Translations under genes and position numbers: made by a program
Source of the DNA: Hypanus sabinus
Taxonomy: Eukaryota
Reading direction: 5' to 3'
Assembly (NCBI RefSeq): GCF_030144855.1
Contig: NC_082718.1
Span: 95,790,001-95,854,000 of the forward strand
Length of the DNA: 64,000 nucleotides
Part shown: one piece after another, positions 50,190 through 62,332 of the stretch
How positions within the stretch are numbered: position 1 is the first letter of the stretch
Layout: the number at the start of each line of letters is the position of its first letter
Notes under the pieces: model-generated
Database searches by the model: none
What the model saw: only the letters and a program-made list of their open reading frames with translations
What the model was told of the DNA's origin: nothing

Positions 50190-50765
50190 ATTTAGAAGTA
50201 AGGAAACCTTGTTCTTCATTGGAGAACTTAATGATAGCCCTGGGAAGAAGCCAGTTTGGCGAGGGACAAATTCAGTGCAAGGGGAAAGCTTGACGATATC
50301 CAAGTTGGATGATACCATGACCATCCAGTTGAAGCTAAGGATCAAGTCAATTTTCATTGAAATAATGATGGGAAGTATTTGGGAACTTGAATGACTATGT
50401 TTATGGGCGCTCAGCAGGGCTATTGGCGAAAAGGCCATGATGAAGACTAAACTCCAAACAGCATTTGATCTGCTACTTCTCAGTTAGGCTCTTGATGTGA
50501 GCTTGGAGAGAGTAGGTAGTTTGAAGTAATAATATACATGGGGGAAGATGGAAAAGTAAGATTGACATTTGAGTATCTGAAAAAGGAAGAACCTAGAGCA
50601 GTAAGTGGAATAGCTCCATTCAAATGTTCCTTGTGGGTGGGCCAGATCTAAATCTTGACTTCAATTTGAAATTGTTGAATAGATGGATTATGATAAATAA
50701 TCCTATATTTGTAGAAGATTAATTGGATTTGTTGACTTACATGAAATTTCTTTCAATTTTCCAAG

Positions 50766-50955
50766 GAGGGGCAAAGGCCGGACACAGCTTGCACTTGTGC
50801 CTCGTGCTTTACAGCGCTTGCCTGCATCAGGAACGAATACTGAGAATGGTACGGTGAGCAGTCAGGACGATAACTCAAAGGGTGATTCATCTCTCGCAGC
50901 AGAGACAAAAAAGATGACAAATGCAGACTTTGCAAAGATGTTGTTGAAGAAATAA
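50766..50955 (+). CDS. SART3: SART3 exon 19 (last coding exon) with the C-terminal LSm-interaction motif MTNADFAKMLLKK*
   Basis: RGKGRTQLALVPRALQR and the Prp24/SART3 (S/T)NxDF motif; TAA at 50953-50955; total CDS 2751 nt. Confidence 0.95.
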
Positions 50956-51354
50956 CTCTGATAAGCAGCATTTGGTGATTAAATGCTGAGTGTCTAGGAA
51001 AAAAAAAGATTGAACTTCCTTTTCAGAAACCATTTCACATCCTTAAGCATGGACAGAAATTCTGATGAGCAGTGAACTGTAAATCTAATTTTTTAAAGAA
51101 AGTTTGACAAGTGTTAAATATATTTGATGGAAGCTCCTAGATCTGTGCCTCGATTTTTAAGCAGTTGCTCTATTCTATTTATAGAGTTGGGTTGTATGTT
51201 CATTTATAATATTGTTTTGTAAGTGCAACTTGGTTAGTAAATTTGCATTCTTGTCTAAAACTACACCATACTATGTAGGAAGATTTTGGGGACCATTTTA
51301 TGTTATTTTGACCTTTTTTTTTAAAATACTGGTTGAGAGGTTTTTTTTGTGCAG

Positions 51355-51360
51355 ATTAAA
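51355..51360 (+). terminator. SART3: Candidate SART3 polyadenylation signal ATTAAA
   Basis: U-rich upstream sequence and a GU-rich stretch downstream (about 51420). Confidence 0.4.
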
Positions 51361-52173
51361 TCTTTTCTATAATTGCATCATGTAACATTGGCCAGAAGAG
51401 CAATCTCACTGGTTCAATCTGTGTTTGTGTGATTCATCAAGAACAAGATACAAATAGAACAAAGTAGTTTGTGAACTGGTGAAGTTGTACATTTTCTGAT
51501 GCATTAACATTAACTTTCAACTTTGTCAGAAGGAAGCTCAAATGGCCCACAGGCACAGAAGAATGAACAATATTCCTTCTAGTAGAACTAGGGAAACTGC
51601 CAAGGGCTAGTAATCCTACAGCTATTAACACTAAACCAGTTATTACCAATCATACAGCTTTTACTGAATATTAAATTAGAAACCAGATTTCCTACCTTAT
51701 AGCATGGACTACAGTCTTAAGTACTGAGGTGTTTTGATGCTGTCTGAAGTGAGATTTTAATCTACTCCCAATTCTGATAGGCATTGTAATCTCGGGAAAC
51801 AACTAAGGAAGTAATGGGTGGCTGTTAAACTTGTGTGATCATATGTGGGCTTCTCTTAGATTTAACACACTCTGGACTAAGGTGCTTATTCTGTTGGATT
51901 TGCTTAGCACCAGGAAAGGACTTTTACTGTTTAGAACTATTCAACAGAGTAAACCCAGCTGGATCAGCAGCATAAATTTAATAGTTTTTGGCATCAAGCA
52001 ATGACTGGTAAACAGGCAGCTATTGATTACAAATGCCCAATAGAGCTTGTTAGTTCCGAAAGTTTTGGTGTCTGTTTAATCGTGAGCTTACACACCAGAA
52101 AATTACTCTTTCAGAAAAGTGTTTCTTCTGTAACAAATGACAATTATAATACCAAAGGATACAAACAGTATAA

Positions 52174-52179
52174 TTTATT
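52174..52179 (-). terminator. FICD: Candidate FICD polyadenylation signal AATAAA
   Basis: tttatt on plus, about 960 nt past the FICD stop, in an AT-rich block. Confidence 0.4.
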
Positions 52180-53141
52180 TTATATATTATAAGTATACTA
52201 TTTTAATGGCCTGTTTAAATAATTAATTTATACAAAGTGCAAGTTCCAGTCACAAATATTTCAGTCACTTCAAAGAACAATTGAGCTACAGTCCAGGGTT
52301 TCTTCCACAATGATTCCTCTGGAAAGGATTATTTAAGTGAGAGCATGCAGTTAAATCTCATGAGAAAATGCAGTTTCTACTTTAGCTGAACTCTAATGAA
52401 CTTCAGGATATTTTTCATGCAGGTATTTGCTCTCTGACAATTAGCTGAAACCAATGCCAGTAATCTCTTTAGAGCTGCACATAACAGCCTGTAATTAAAC
52501 AAATAATCAGAACATTCACACCAGTCTCATCAAATGATGCACTATTATTAGTATGACATTGCATGGAAAATGTTTGACTTTGCTCCCTCATAGGTACTAA
52601 AAAAAATGTTGCTGAAAGTGGTCCCTGGACATTAAACTTGACAGTATGTTCTCAATATGCAGATAGTAATCGCCTCCCTCCTGGCTTGGGAGAGGTTAAA
52701 ATTCAGGAGCTGTTCCGCTTCTCCCCCCAGTGAATAAACCTGCTGACCAGCTGCAGGTGCTGGAATCCACGTTCCAATTTCTTTAACAGATACAGAAATT
52801 TGGGAATCAGTTGTTTCCTTGTTCCACTGCATCCAAATTGTGGGCCTAATATTTAGCTGTTGAAATTATTATAAGACTTGTTTGTTTAAAAATAACACAA
52901 GCACATTATAAAAGTTATTTTTCTTTTCTGTACTGTTCAGGAATGGGTTTGATGTGGAAATTCGGTCCACTATTCTTAAAAAGAAAGTGTATTCCAACAT
53001 CAGTACTCCTAACAATGTAAATGGGATTTTGCTTTTCCCTCCCATATGATGCCTAGTGAAAGCCAGACAGAAGACTTGGCAAATTTCTGAAGGGGTCAAA
53101 TTGAGCTAGAGTTCACATTCACAATCGTAGCCATTAAACCA

Positions 53142-54223
53142 TTAGTTTTTAACTAAGATGGTTTGTGTATAATCTGAGTGGTTTGGATTAGCTTCAGGTA
53201 AACCTTTATCAACAGAATGATCAGCTGTTGCAATCAGCAGTAAGTCAAGCGTCATCTCTGTGCACTTCCCAATAAAGCGGATAAATGGCCGAACGTCTCC
53301 CTCATTGGCCAAATCTAATGAAGTATAATACTCAACCCGCTGCTCCTTGCGGATTGTGATAGGTGGATATCCTGCCTGCATTAAAATAAGATTCATCAGT
53401 AATCGAGCCGTCCTTCCATTCCCATCTACAAAGGGATGGATATAAACAAGTTTATAATGGGCAAGGGCAGCAAACTCCACAGGATGTAGACTCATGGCTT
53501 CTTCAGAATTCAACCACTGGACAAGCTCTTGCATTTGTTTCCTGACATCTCTGGGATGGGGAGGAATGTGATGGCCTACGAAGACTTGATTGGTTCGAAA
53601 TCTTCCAGCCTCTACAGGATCAACGTGACCCAAGACCCTTCTGTGAATCTGTAAAATGTCATCTGTATTAACAGATCCAATTCTCGATAGCAGGGATTTG
53701 TTGAGATACTTCATGGCTGCATCAACTCCAATAACTTCATTCTGCTCCAACAGGCTCTTTCCAGGTACGGCATACCTTGTTTCAATGATGTGCCTGATCT
53801 CAGAAAGGGTCAGTGTATTGCCCTCAATAGCCACAGTATGATAAATATGATGGTAATAACTTTCCTCCATCACACGGTGCAACGCTGCATTCCCTTTGGG
53901 TATAGCCATCAACTTTTTAACCTTGTGGTCAATTATACTAAATTGCTTTTGGTCAATTTCTTCTACCAGAGGTAACGTCCTGTCACGATTGACCAGTGCC
54001 TTCTCGTTGCATGGAGAAATGGTCAATGCTTTTGTGTACAAATGGTCGGCTTGAATAACATCCTTGTTCTCTTCCATGAAGACACCCAGTTCATTCAATG
54101 CATCTACGTAGTGTGGGTCCATATTTAAGGCATGCATGAACAATTTGTGTGCCTTTTCTCTCTTCCCCAGACGCTTCATCTCCAGAGCTTGGTGCAAAGC
54201 AGCTTTAGCCTCCAACTGGAGAT
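53142..54223 (-). CDS. FICD: FICD (HYPE) protein adenylyltransferase, last coding exon (TPR repeats and Fic domain)
   Basis: Fic motif [12 protein letters not shown], inhibitory helix TVAIEGN, TPRs; cag acceptor at 54226-54224; 1082 nt. Confidence 0.97.
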
Positions 54224-54919
54224 CTGAAATCAAAACCAATTAAAGTTACTGGGACTAAACCAGTTATCTGGTTTGCATAAATCACAAGAATAGGCTAAGC
54301 TGCTGTTAAGACAAAAATCAAAACTTGGAAACATGTTCTGAATGATCAAAGGATTTATGCTAGGTGATGTTGTGCCTAACTACGGAATAAACAAGCAAAA
54401 CTGACAACATCACATCTTAAGCAGGTTAACGCATTTAATTTTAATTCTAAATCTTATTTTGTCATTCCATGTTAATTATTTATTGTTATTTATTTATATT
54501 TGCATTTGCAGTTTGTTGTCTTCTGCACTCTGATCTTTCACTGGATCTTATTATAGTTACTATTCTTTGGAATTGCTGAGTATGCCCACAGGAGAAAGAA
54601 GCTCAGGGTTGTATGCAGTTATGTACGTACGTGTTCGTTCATTCTCTCTCACACAATAAAATTTACTTTAAACTTTGGAAATTGTTAGGACCTATCCACA
54701 GACATCTGACAAGGCAAATGAACAACAGGGAACCCGCTTTTGATTGAATGTGGTGAAAGCGTCTGCTAGGCATCATAATAGATGAAACAATAACATCGGT
54801 ATTGCAAAATTCATTTAACCTGAACAAATCACAGGATTAGCTGGGCTGAATAACTATTTTCAATTTTTAAGCACTCACAGATCAAAATGAGGACTTTGGT
54901 CTCAACAACTGAATTTGAA

Positions 54920-57230
54920 TCATTGAAAAGTGCAGCTCAGAAACAGGCCTTTCAGCCCATCTAGTCCATGTCAAACCATTTAAACAGCCTAGGTCCCATC
55001 AACCTGCACCTGAACCATAGCCCCTCTAAACCCCTCCCACCCATATACTTCTGCTTAAACGTTGAAATCAATCGCATCCACCACAGCTCGTTCTACACTC
55101 TCACCAACTCAGTGAAGACGTTTCCCCTCATTTCCCTTAAGTTCACCTTTCACCCTTAACCCATGATCTTTTGTTGCAGTCTCACTCAGCTTCAGTGTAA
55201 AAAGCCTACTTACATTTACCCCATTGCTACCCCTCAATTTTGTGTACTTCTATCTAATCTCCCCTCAATCTTCTAAAGTTCTAATCTATTCAAACTTTCC
55301 TTATATCTCGGGTTCACCAGTCTCAGCAACATCCTTGGTAAATTTTCTCTATACTCTTTCTATCTTATTTATGTCTCTCCCATGAGGTGAGCAAATCTGC
55401 ACACAATACTCCAAATAAGGCCTCAATGTCTTATACAACTTCAATATAACATCCCAGCTCCTGTACTCAATACATTGATCTCTGAAGGCCAGTGTGCCAA
55501 CAGCTCTCTTTATGACCCTATCCACGATTGATGACACTTTCAATGAATTATGCACCTGTATTTCCAGATCCTTTTGTTTGACTGCACTCGCCTGTGCCTG
55601 TGTACCTGTGCTCACAGTGTTAAGACCTACCCTGGTTGACCCTCACAAAGTGCAACACCTCACACTTCTCTGCATTAAATTCCATCTGCCATTTTCCAGT
55701 CTATTCTTCTAGCTGGTCCAGATCCCGCTGCAGACTTCGATAGACTTCCTCACTGTACACTACACCCCCAATCTTCTTGTTATTCGTAAATCTGCTGATT
55801 CAATTAACCAATTATAGAGATTGTTGAAGTAGATGACAGGCATCAAGGACCCAGCAACAATCCCTGTGTTACACCACTAATCACAGGCCTTCAGTCAGAG
55901 GAGCAACCATTTACTACCACTCTGGCTTCTCCCTCAAAGCCACTGACCAATCCAAATTATTACCTCATCTTGAAGGCCTGGCGTCTGATCCTTCTTGACC
56001 AACCTCCCATGCGGGATCTTGTCAAATGCCATACAGACAACATTCACACTGCCTTGATTTCATCAATTTCTTGGTAACTTCCTTGAAAAATTCTTTAAGA
56101 CTGGTTAGACACGACCCACCATGTACAAAGCTATGCTGGCCATCCCTAATCAGTCCTTGTCTATCCAAATACTCATACATCCAGTTTCTTGGAATACCTT
56201 CCAGTAACTTCACAACTACTGATGTCAGGCTCACCAGCCTATAATTCCCTGGTTTATTTTTTGAGCCTTTGTTAAACAGCAGAATAACTAACTATCCTCT
56301 AAAAGCACCTGTCGCTAAAGATGACATAAATATCTTTGCTACGGCCCCTGTAATTTCTGCACTTGTCTCTCATTAAGGTCCAAGGAACAGGCCCTAGGGA
56401 TTTATCCACCCTAATTTGCCCCAAGATAGCAATCACCCCCTCCTCTATTCTGTATATTGTCCCATGACTTCACTGCTGCTTTGCCTCACTTCTATAGACA
56501 GTGTGCTTGTTTCTGGAGTAAGTACAGATGCAAAATAATCTCTTGAAAACCCCAAGCCTGTTATCCTTGCCTTTTATTCTGACAGGCACATAGAGCTCTG
56601 TACACTCAAGATTTCACTTTTGAAGGCCTTCCACTTACCAAGTACACCTTTACCAGAAAGCTTGCCAAATCTTTTCTGACACCATCAAAATCAGCCTTTT
56701 TCTAATTTAGAGTCTCTGGTTGAGGACCAGATCTATCCTTTTCCATAATTATCTTAACATTAATGGCATCATGATCACTAGCTGCAGAGCATGTCCCTAT
56801 ACAAACTTCAGTCGCCTGCCCTGTCTCATTCCCTAATTGTGCCTTCTCTTGTTAGGACTTCTATGTACTGAATAAGGAAGCTTTCTTGAACTCATATGAC
56901 AAACTCCATCCCATCTAGTCCTCCTTCAGGAGGACCAGTCAACACATGGAAAGTTAAAATCATCTACTATCATAACCTTGTGTTTTTTGCAACAGTCTGT
57001 TGGGTGGTCTATAATAAAACCCCATAACTTGGTCATAACTTCCCTATTCCTCAGTCAAACCTATAAAGTCTCACTAGAAGAATTCTCTAGTCTGTCCTGA
57101 TTGAGCACCACTATGGCATCTTTCCTGACTAACAATGCCACCCCTTCCCCTTTAATCTCTCCTGCTCTACTTGTCTAAAAGAACAGAACCCCAGAAGACT
57201 GAGCTGCCAGTCCTGTTCCTCTAGCAGCCA
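54920..57230 (-). mobile_element. Decayed CR1 LINE (APE and RT remnants) in the FICD intron
   Basis: KLYKTLRPYLEYCVQ; SLTSVVVKLLEGI..QHSFVHGGSCLTSL.EFF. Confidence 0.85.
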
Positions 57231-57234
57231 AGAA

Positions 57235-59962
57235 GCATCATGAACAAAGCAGATGAGTTTAGAGTCTGGATCAGTACTTAGAGCTATGATGTGGCCATTA
57301 GAGACTGAGATGGCTCAGGGGCAAGAATGGCTACTTCAAGTGCCAGGCTTTACATGTTTCAGAAAGTACAGGGAGGGAGGCAAAAGAGGTGGGGGCATGG
57401 CACTGCTGATCAGAGATAGTGTCACGGCTGCAGAAAAGGAGGAAAGTCATGGAGGGATTGTCTACTGAGTCTCTGTGGGTGGAAGTTAGAATTAGGAAGG
57501 GGTCAATAACTCTACTGGGTGTTTTTTTTTTAATATAGACCGCCCAATAGTAACAGGGACATTCAGGAGCAGATAGGGAGACAGATTCTGGAAAGGCTAA
57601 TAATAACAGGGTTGTTGTGGTGGGAGGTTTTAATTTCCCAAATATTGACCGGAATCTCCCTGGAGCAAGGGATTTAGATGGGGTGGAGTTTGTTAGGTGT
57701 GTTCAGGAAGGTTTCCTGACACAATATGTAGATAAGCCTACAAGAGGAGAGAGTGTACTTGATCTGGAATTGGGAAATGAACCTGGTCAGGTGACAGGTC
57801 TTTCAGTGGGACAGCATTTTGGAGATAGTGATCACAATTCTATCTCCTTCAACATAGCACTGGAGAGGGATAGGAGCAGACAAGTTAGAAAAGTGTTTAA
57901 TTGGAGTAAGGGGAAATATGAAGCTATCAGGCAGGAACTTGGAAGCATAAATTGGGAACAGATGTTTTCAGGGAAATGTACGGCAGAAATGTGGCATATG
58001 TTCAGGGGATATTTGCGTAGAGTTCTGCATAGGTACGTTCCAATGAGACAAGGGAAGGATGGGAGGGTACAGGAACCGTGGTTTACTAAGGCTTTTGAGA
58101 ATCTAGTCAAGAAAAGCTTATGAAAGGTTCAAAAAAAAACAACAACTAGGTAATGATAGAGATCTAGAAGATTATAAGGCTAGCAGGAAGGAGTTTATGA
58201 AATTAGGAGAGCCAAGAGGGGCCACGAAAAGGCCTTAGCGAGCAGGATTAAGGAAAACCCCAAGGCATTCTACAAGTAAGTCAACAGCAAGAGGATAAGA
58301 AGTGAGACAATAGGACTAATCAAGTGTGACAGTGGAGAAGAGTGTACAGAATCGGTGGAGATAGCAGAGATACTTAATGAATACTTTGCTTCAGTGTTCA
58401 CTACGGAAAAGGATCTTGGTGACTGTAGGGATGACTTACAGCAGATTGAAAAGCTTGAGCATATAGGCATTAAGAGGATGTGCAGGAGCTTTTGAAAAGC
58501 ATCAAGTTGGATAAGTCTGGGACCAGATGAGATGTACCCCAGTCTACTGTGGGAGGTGAGGGAGGGGATTGCTGAGCTTCTGGCAGTGATCTTTGCATCA
58601 TCAATGGGAATGGACGAGGTTCCGGAGGATTGGAGTGTTGCACATCTTGTTCCCTTATTCAAGAAAGGGAGTCGAGATAGTGCAGGGAATTATAGACCAG
58701 TGACTCTTACTTCAGTGGTCAGTAAGCTGATGGAAAAGATCCTGAGAGGGAGGATTTATTAACATTTGGAGAGGCATAATATGATTAGGAATAGTCAGCA
58801 TGGCTTTGTCAAGGGCAGGTCATGCCTAAAGAGCCTGATTGAATTTTTTGAGGATATGACTAAACACATTGATGAAGATAGAGCAGTAGATGTATATGGA
58901 TTTCAGCAAGGTATTTGATAAAGTACCCCAGGTAAGGCTTATTGAGAAAGTAAGGAGGCATGGGATCCAAGGGGACCTTGCTTTGTGGATCCAGAACTGG
59001 CTTGCCCACGGAAGGCAAAGAATGGTTGTAGACGGGTCATATTCTGCATGGAGGTCCGTGACCAGTGGTATGCCTCAATCTGTTCTGGGATCCCTTCTCT
59101 TCGTGGTTTTTATAAATGAGGAAGTGGAGGGATGGGTTAGTAAATTTGCTGATGATATAAAAGTTGTGGATAGAGTGGAGGGCTGTCAGAGGTTACAACA
59201 GAACATCAGTAGGATGCAAAACTGGGCTGAGAAATGGCAGATGGAGTCAACCCAAATAAGCGTGAGCTGGTTCATTTTGGTTGGTCAAATTTGGCAGAAT
59301 ATAGTATTAATGGTAAGCCTCTTGCAATGTGGAGGGTCAGAGGAAACTTGGGGTCTGAGTCCATAGGACTTCGTCAGTTGGCTCTGCGGTTAAGGCAGCA
59401 TATGATGCACTGACATTCATCAACCATGGGATTGAGTTTAAGAACTGAGAGGTAATCTTACAGCTATACAGGGCTCTGGTCAGGCCCCACTTGGAGTACT
59501 GTGCTAAGTTCCGGTCACCTCACTACCGGAAAGATGTGGAACTATAGAAATGGTGCAGAGGAGATCTACAAGAATGTTGCCTGGACTGGCGAGCATGCCT
59601 TATGAGAATAGGTTGAGTGAACTAGGCCTTTTCTCCATTAAGCGACAGAAGATGAGAGCTAAACTGATAGATGGTGGATAATTTTTCCCCAAGGGCTGAA
59701 GTGGCTAACACGAGAGGGCACAGTTTTAAGGTGCTTGTTAGTAGGTACAGAGGAGATGTCAGAGGTAAGATTTTTAAACAGAGAGTGCATGGAATGGGCT
59801 GCCGGCGACGGTGGTGGAGGCGGATACGATGGGGTCTTTTGAGAGACTCCTGGATGGGTGCATGGAGCTTGGAAAAACAGAGGGCTATTGGGTAACTTCA
59901 GGTAATTTCTAAGTACATGTTCGGCACAGCATTGTGGGCCGAAGGGCCTGTATTGCGCTGTA
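57235..59962 (+). mobile_element. Near full-length CR1 ORF2 (APE endonuclease and RT) with 3' tail, inactivated
   Basis: GGFNFPNID..FLTQYVDKPTRG..LDL..SDHN; NYRPVTLTSVVSKLME; YMDFSKVFDKV..SKFADD; multiple frameshifts. Confidence 0.92.
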
Positions 59963-60767
59963 GGTTTTCCAGGTATGTACTCTGACAATAAATCTACTTT
60001 GAATTTTTCAGTAAGAGCGGTACGGTACCGTAGTAGTTAGCGTAAAGCTATCCAGCGCCAGCAGTAAGATTTGGGTTCAATTCTGGGGGTTTCCTGCCAT
60101 CTTTAAAAGGCTAGAAAGCGGTGGCGCTTCTACGTTGGCGCAGCAGAGCGACACTTGCGGGCTGGTCGCTGACGCAATCGACGCATTTCATTGTTTTCAT
60201 GTAGATGTGACAAATAAAACACCTTAAAATCTTTAATCTGTACCTAAATGACATCACGAGTTTAGGAGGTGGAATTCCAGAGTTAAAAGACCTATTTTCA
60301 GCTGTCTCGGTTACGTATGTCTAAGAGTTGCACCCCGAAACCCCTCGTGACTGTACAACTTGAAAAAACGAGGAAAAGTGAAAGAAAAAAAAGATTTATA
60401 CAAGTTTCCAATCACCTGTTTTTCGCCTGGTGTCAGTTGCCTAGGAACATTTCACTGCCGTATAAAGGACTGCGTAAATGTACACTTGCGTGACATGGCG
60501 AATGCTACAGGCCTTTTAAAAAAAAACACAAAACTGCTGTAAGTTCATAACTGAGCGCCGAGAGAGCGAGAAGCAACAGCCGCCCGAGGATAGGAAGCAG
60601 ACTCCGTTAGTCGGAGTTTGCCCAAAATGGGCAGGGCAGACAGCTGCACCGGCCCGTGACCAATTCTGGAACCTACGTTTTCTACCGTCGGTCGAGATAC
60701 GCCAACTCACCAAATCCCCCAACCACGCACCTATCTTTGCTGCGGTCCGCCACCGCTGAGCTCTTAC

Positions 60768-61005
60768 CTGGACCCGCTCTCTGCCTGAAGGCCCAGGGCT
60801 CGCCGATTTGGCTCAGTTCAACCCCGCTGTAGGTGAGACTGAGCTCGGTGCTGGAGTCGCTGCCCAAGCCCGAGTCTAAAAGCCGGCATCGCAGCAGCCA
60901 TAAGGCACCCCTGAGATGCATCACCAGCAAGGCGGTAAAGGAGCCGAGGAACAGCATCATGACCACCACCGAGACGCCCCGCTTTCTCAGACACATCGCA
61001 TTCAT
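60768..61005 (-). CDS. FICD: FICD first coding exon (short cytosolic tail and TM helix): MNAMCLRKRGVSVVVMMLFLGSFTALLVM...RAGP
   Basis: Hydrophobic TM segment; donor G|gtaag at 60768/60767 in phase 1, matching the next exon; start codon choice is inferred. Confidence 0.85.
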
Positions 61006-61035
61006 TGCGCGGCCGAACTCCAGCAGCCGAGTATC

Positions 61036-61187
61036 ATTGGTAAAGCATTGTCTCAGCACCAGAATCTTGATTGGTTGTCCTCTGCCTTTGAGCCCTTCGT
61101 TTAGCACCGATTGGTCACAATGTCTTACAAGCATAGTTTTAACCAATGACAAACTAATACGTACTTATCGCTCAGCCACTCGCCAAT
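61036..61187. promoter_or_regulatory. Cluster of five CCAAT boxes, putative FICD promoter
   Basis: ATTGG at 61036, 61070 and 61110; CCAAT at 61143 and 61183. Confidence 0.55.
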
Positions 61188-61264
61188 GCGCAACGTTTTG
61201 CTGCTTTACACGCATGACCATTGCGGACTTCCCGCAAGTGAATTCAGAATAGATGTAGTAGTAG

Positions 61265-61359
61265 CAACAAGCATAAAATACCGGAGGAACTCAGGTCAGG
61301 CAGCATCTATAGAAAAGAGCAAGAGTCGACGTTTCGGAACGTGACCCTTCATCAGGAAT
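61265..61359 (-). mobile_element. Penelope pLTR with an intact hammerhead core
   Basis: Minus strand TTC-CTGATGA-A-GGGTCACGTTCC-GAAAC-GTC-GACT (61324-61359). Confidence 0.65.
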
Positions 61360-62206
61360 TTATCGGGTTTAATAGCACTGCTATGTCATGAAAGACGGTG
61401 ATGCAACCAGTTACAATGCTCTTCCGTTGTACTGCTGGACATTTGCGGGCGATGTTGGTAACCTACCAGTACTCCTCAAACTGCTACTGAAATATAGCCG
61501 CTATTGTGCCTTCTTTGTAATTGCTTTAATATAGATCTTCAGTAGAGATGTTGTCACCCAGGAGCTTGAAACGGCTCAACTTTTCCTCTTCGGATCCCTC
61601 GGTGTGTGTTCCCCAACTTCTTCCTGGAGTTTACAATCGATTCCTCCATCTTAATGCTGTTGAGTGCAAGGTGGTTCTTACGACTCCACTCAATATATAA
61701 GAACAAGTAACAAGACGAAGTTCTAACCTCCTTCGTCCACCAGCACTTGAAGGATTATATAGAAATGCCAGCTATAAATGATTGAATACAAATGGTGGCA
61801 TAGGAACTAATTGGAAATAAGTCAGCGGAAGGTTGTCCAACATTCTATTTTCTGTTCACAAAATAAACTTAAAAATGCATTTACAATAAATCTAACAGAT
61901 CAAGCACTTAACCTAATCATACATTCATTACTTTTTGTAACAATGCTGCAAATTTCAAATGAAATGTTGGAAAAAACACAGGAAAACAATTTGTAGGATA
62001 GAAGTACATTGAGCTGAAATGCTGTTTCTTTTCCCCACATATGCTTCGGAACTTAAAACTTTACCCTTTTCCTCCGCCTGTTCCCATGCATGATTTTTAA
62101 TCTCCCCATTTCCAAAATCAGGCTTCCTTTGAAAAATGGCTTTGCTTTGACAATGATAGATTACACTTTATTAAGATGGCTCAATGCTACCTTCAAATTT
62201 TATTAA

Positions 62207-62332
62207 CACACACACAAAATGCTGGTGGAACGCAGCAGGCCAGGCAGCATCTATAGGAAGTACAGTCGATGTTTCAGGCCGAGACTCTTCATCAGGACTA
62301 ACTGAAAGAAGTAGAAGAATCTCTTACTATCT
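62207..62332 (-). mobile_element. Penelope pLTR with a hammerhead core
   Basis: Minus strand AGTC-CTGATGA-AGAGTCTCGGCCT-GAAAC-ATC-GACT (62264-62299). Confidence 0.65.

Noticed and set aside
53142-54239. Fic-domain ORF as a bacterial toxin or horizontally acquired gene
   Set aside because: It is the normal metazoan FICD, with TPRs, a spliced TM exon and conserved synteny with SART3. The ORF-track start at 54239 lies in the intron.
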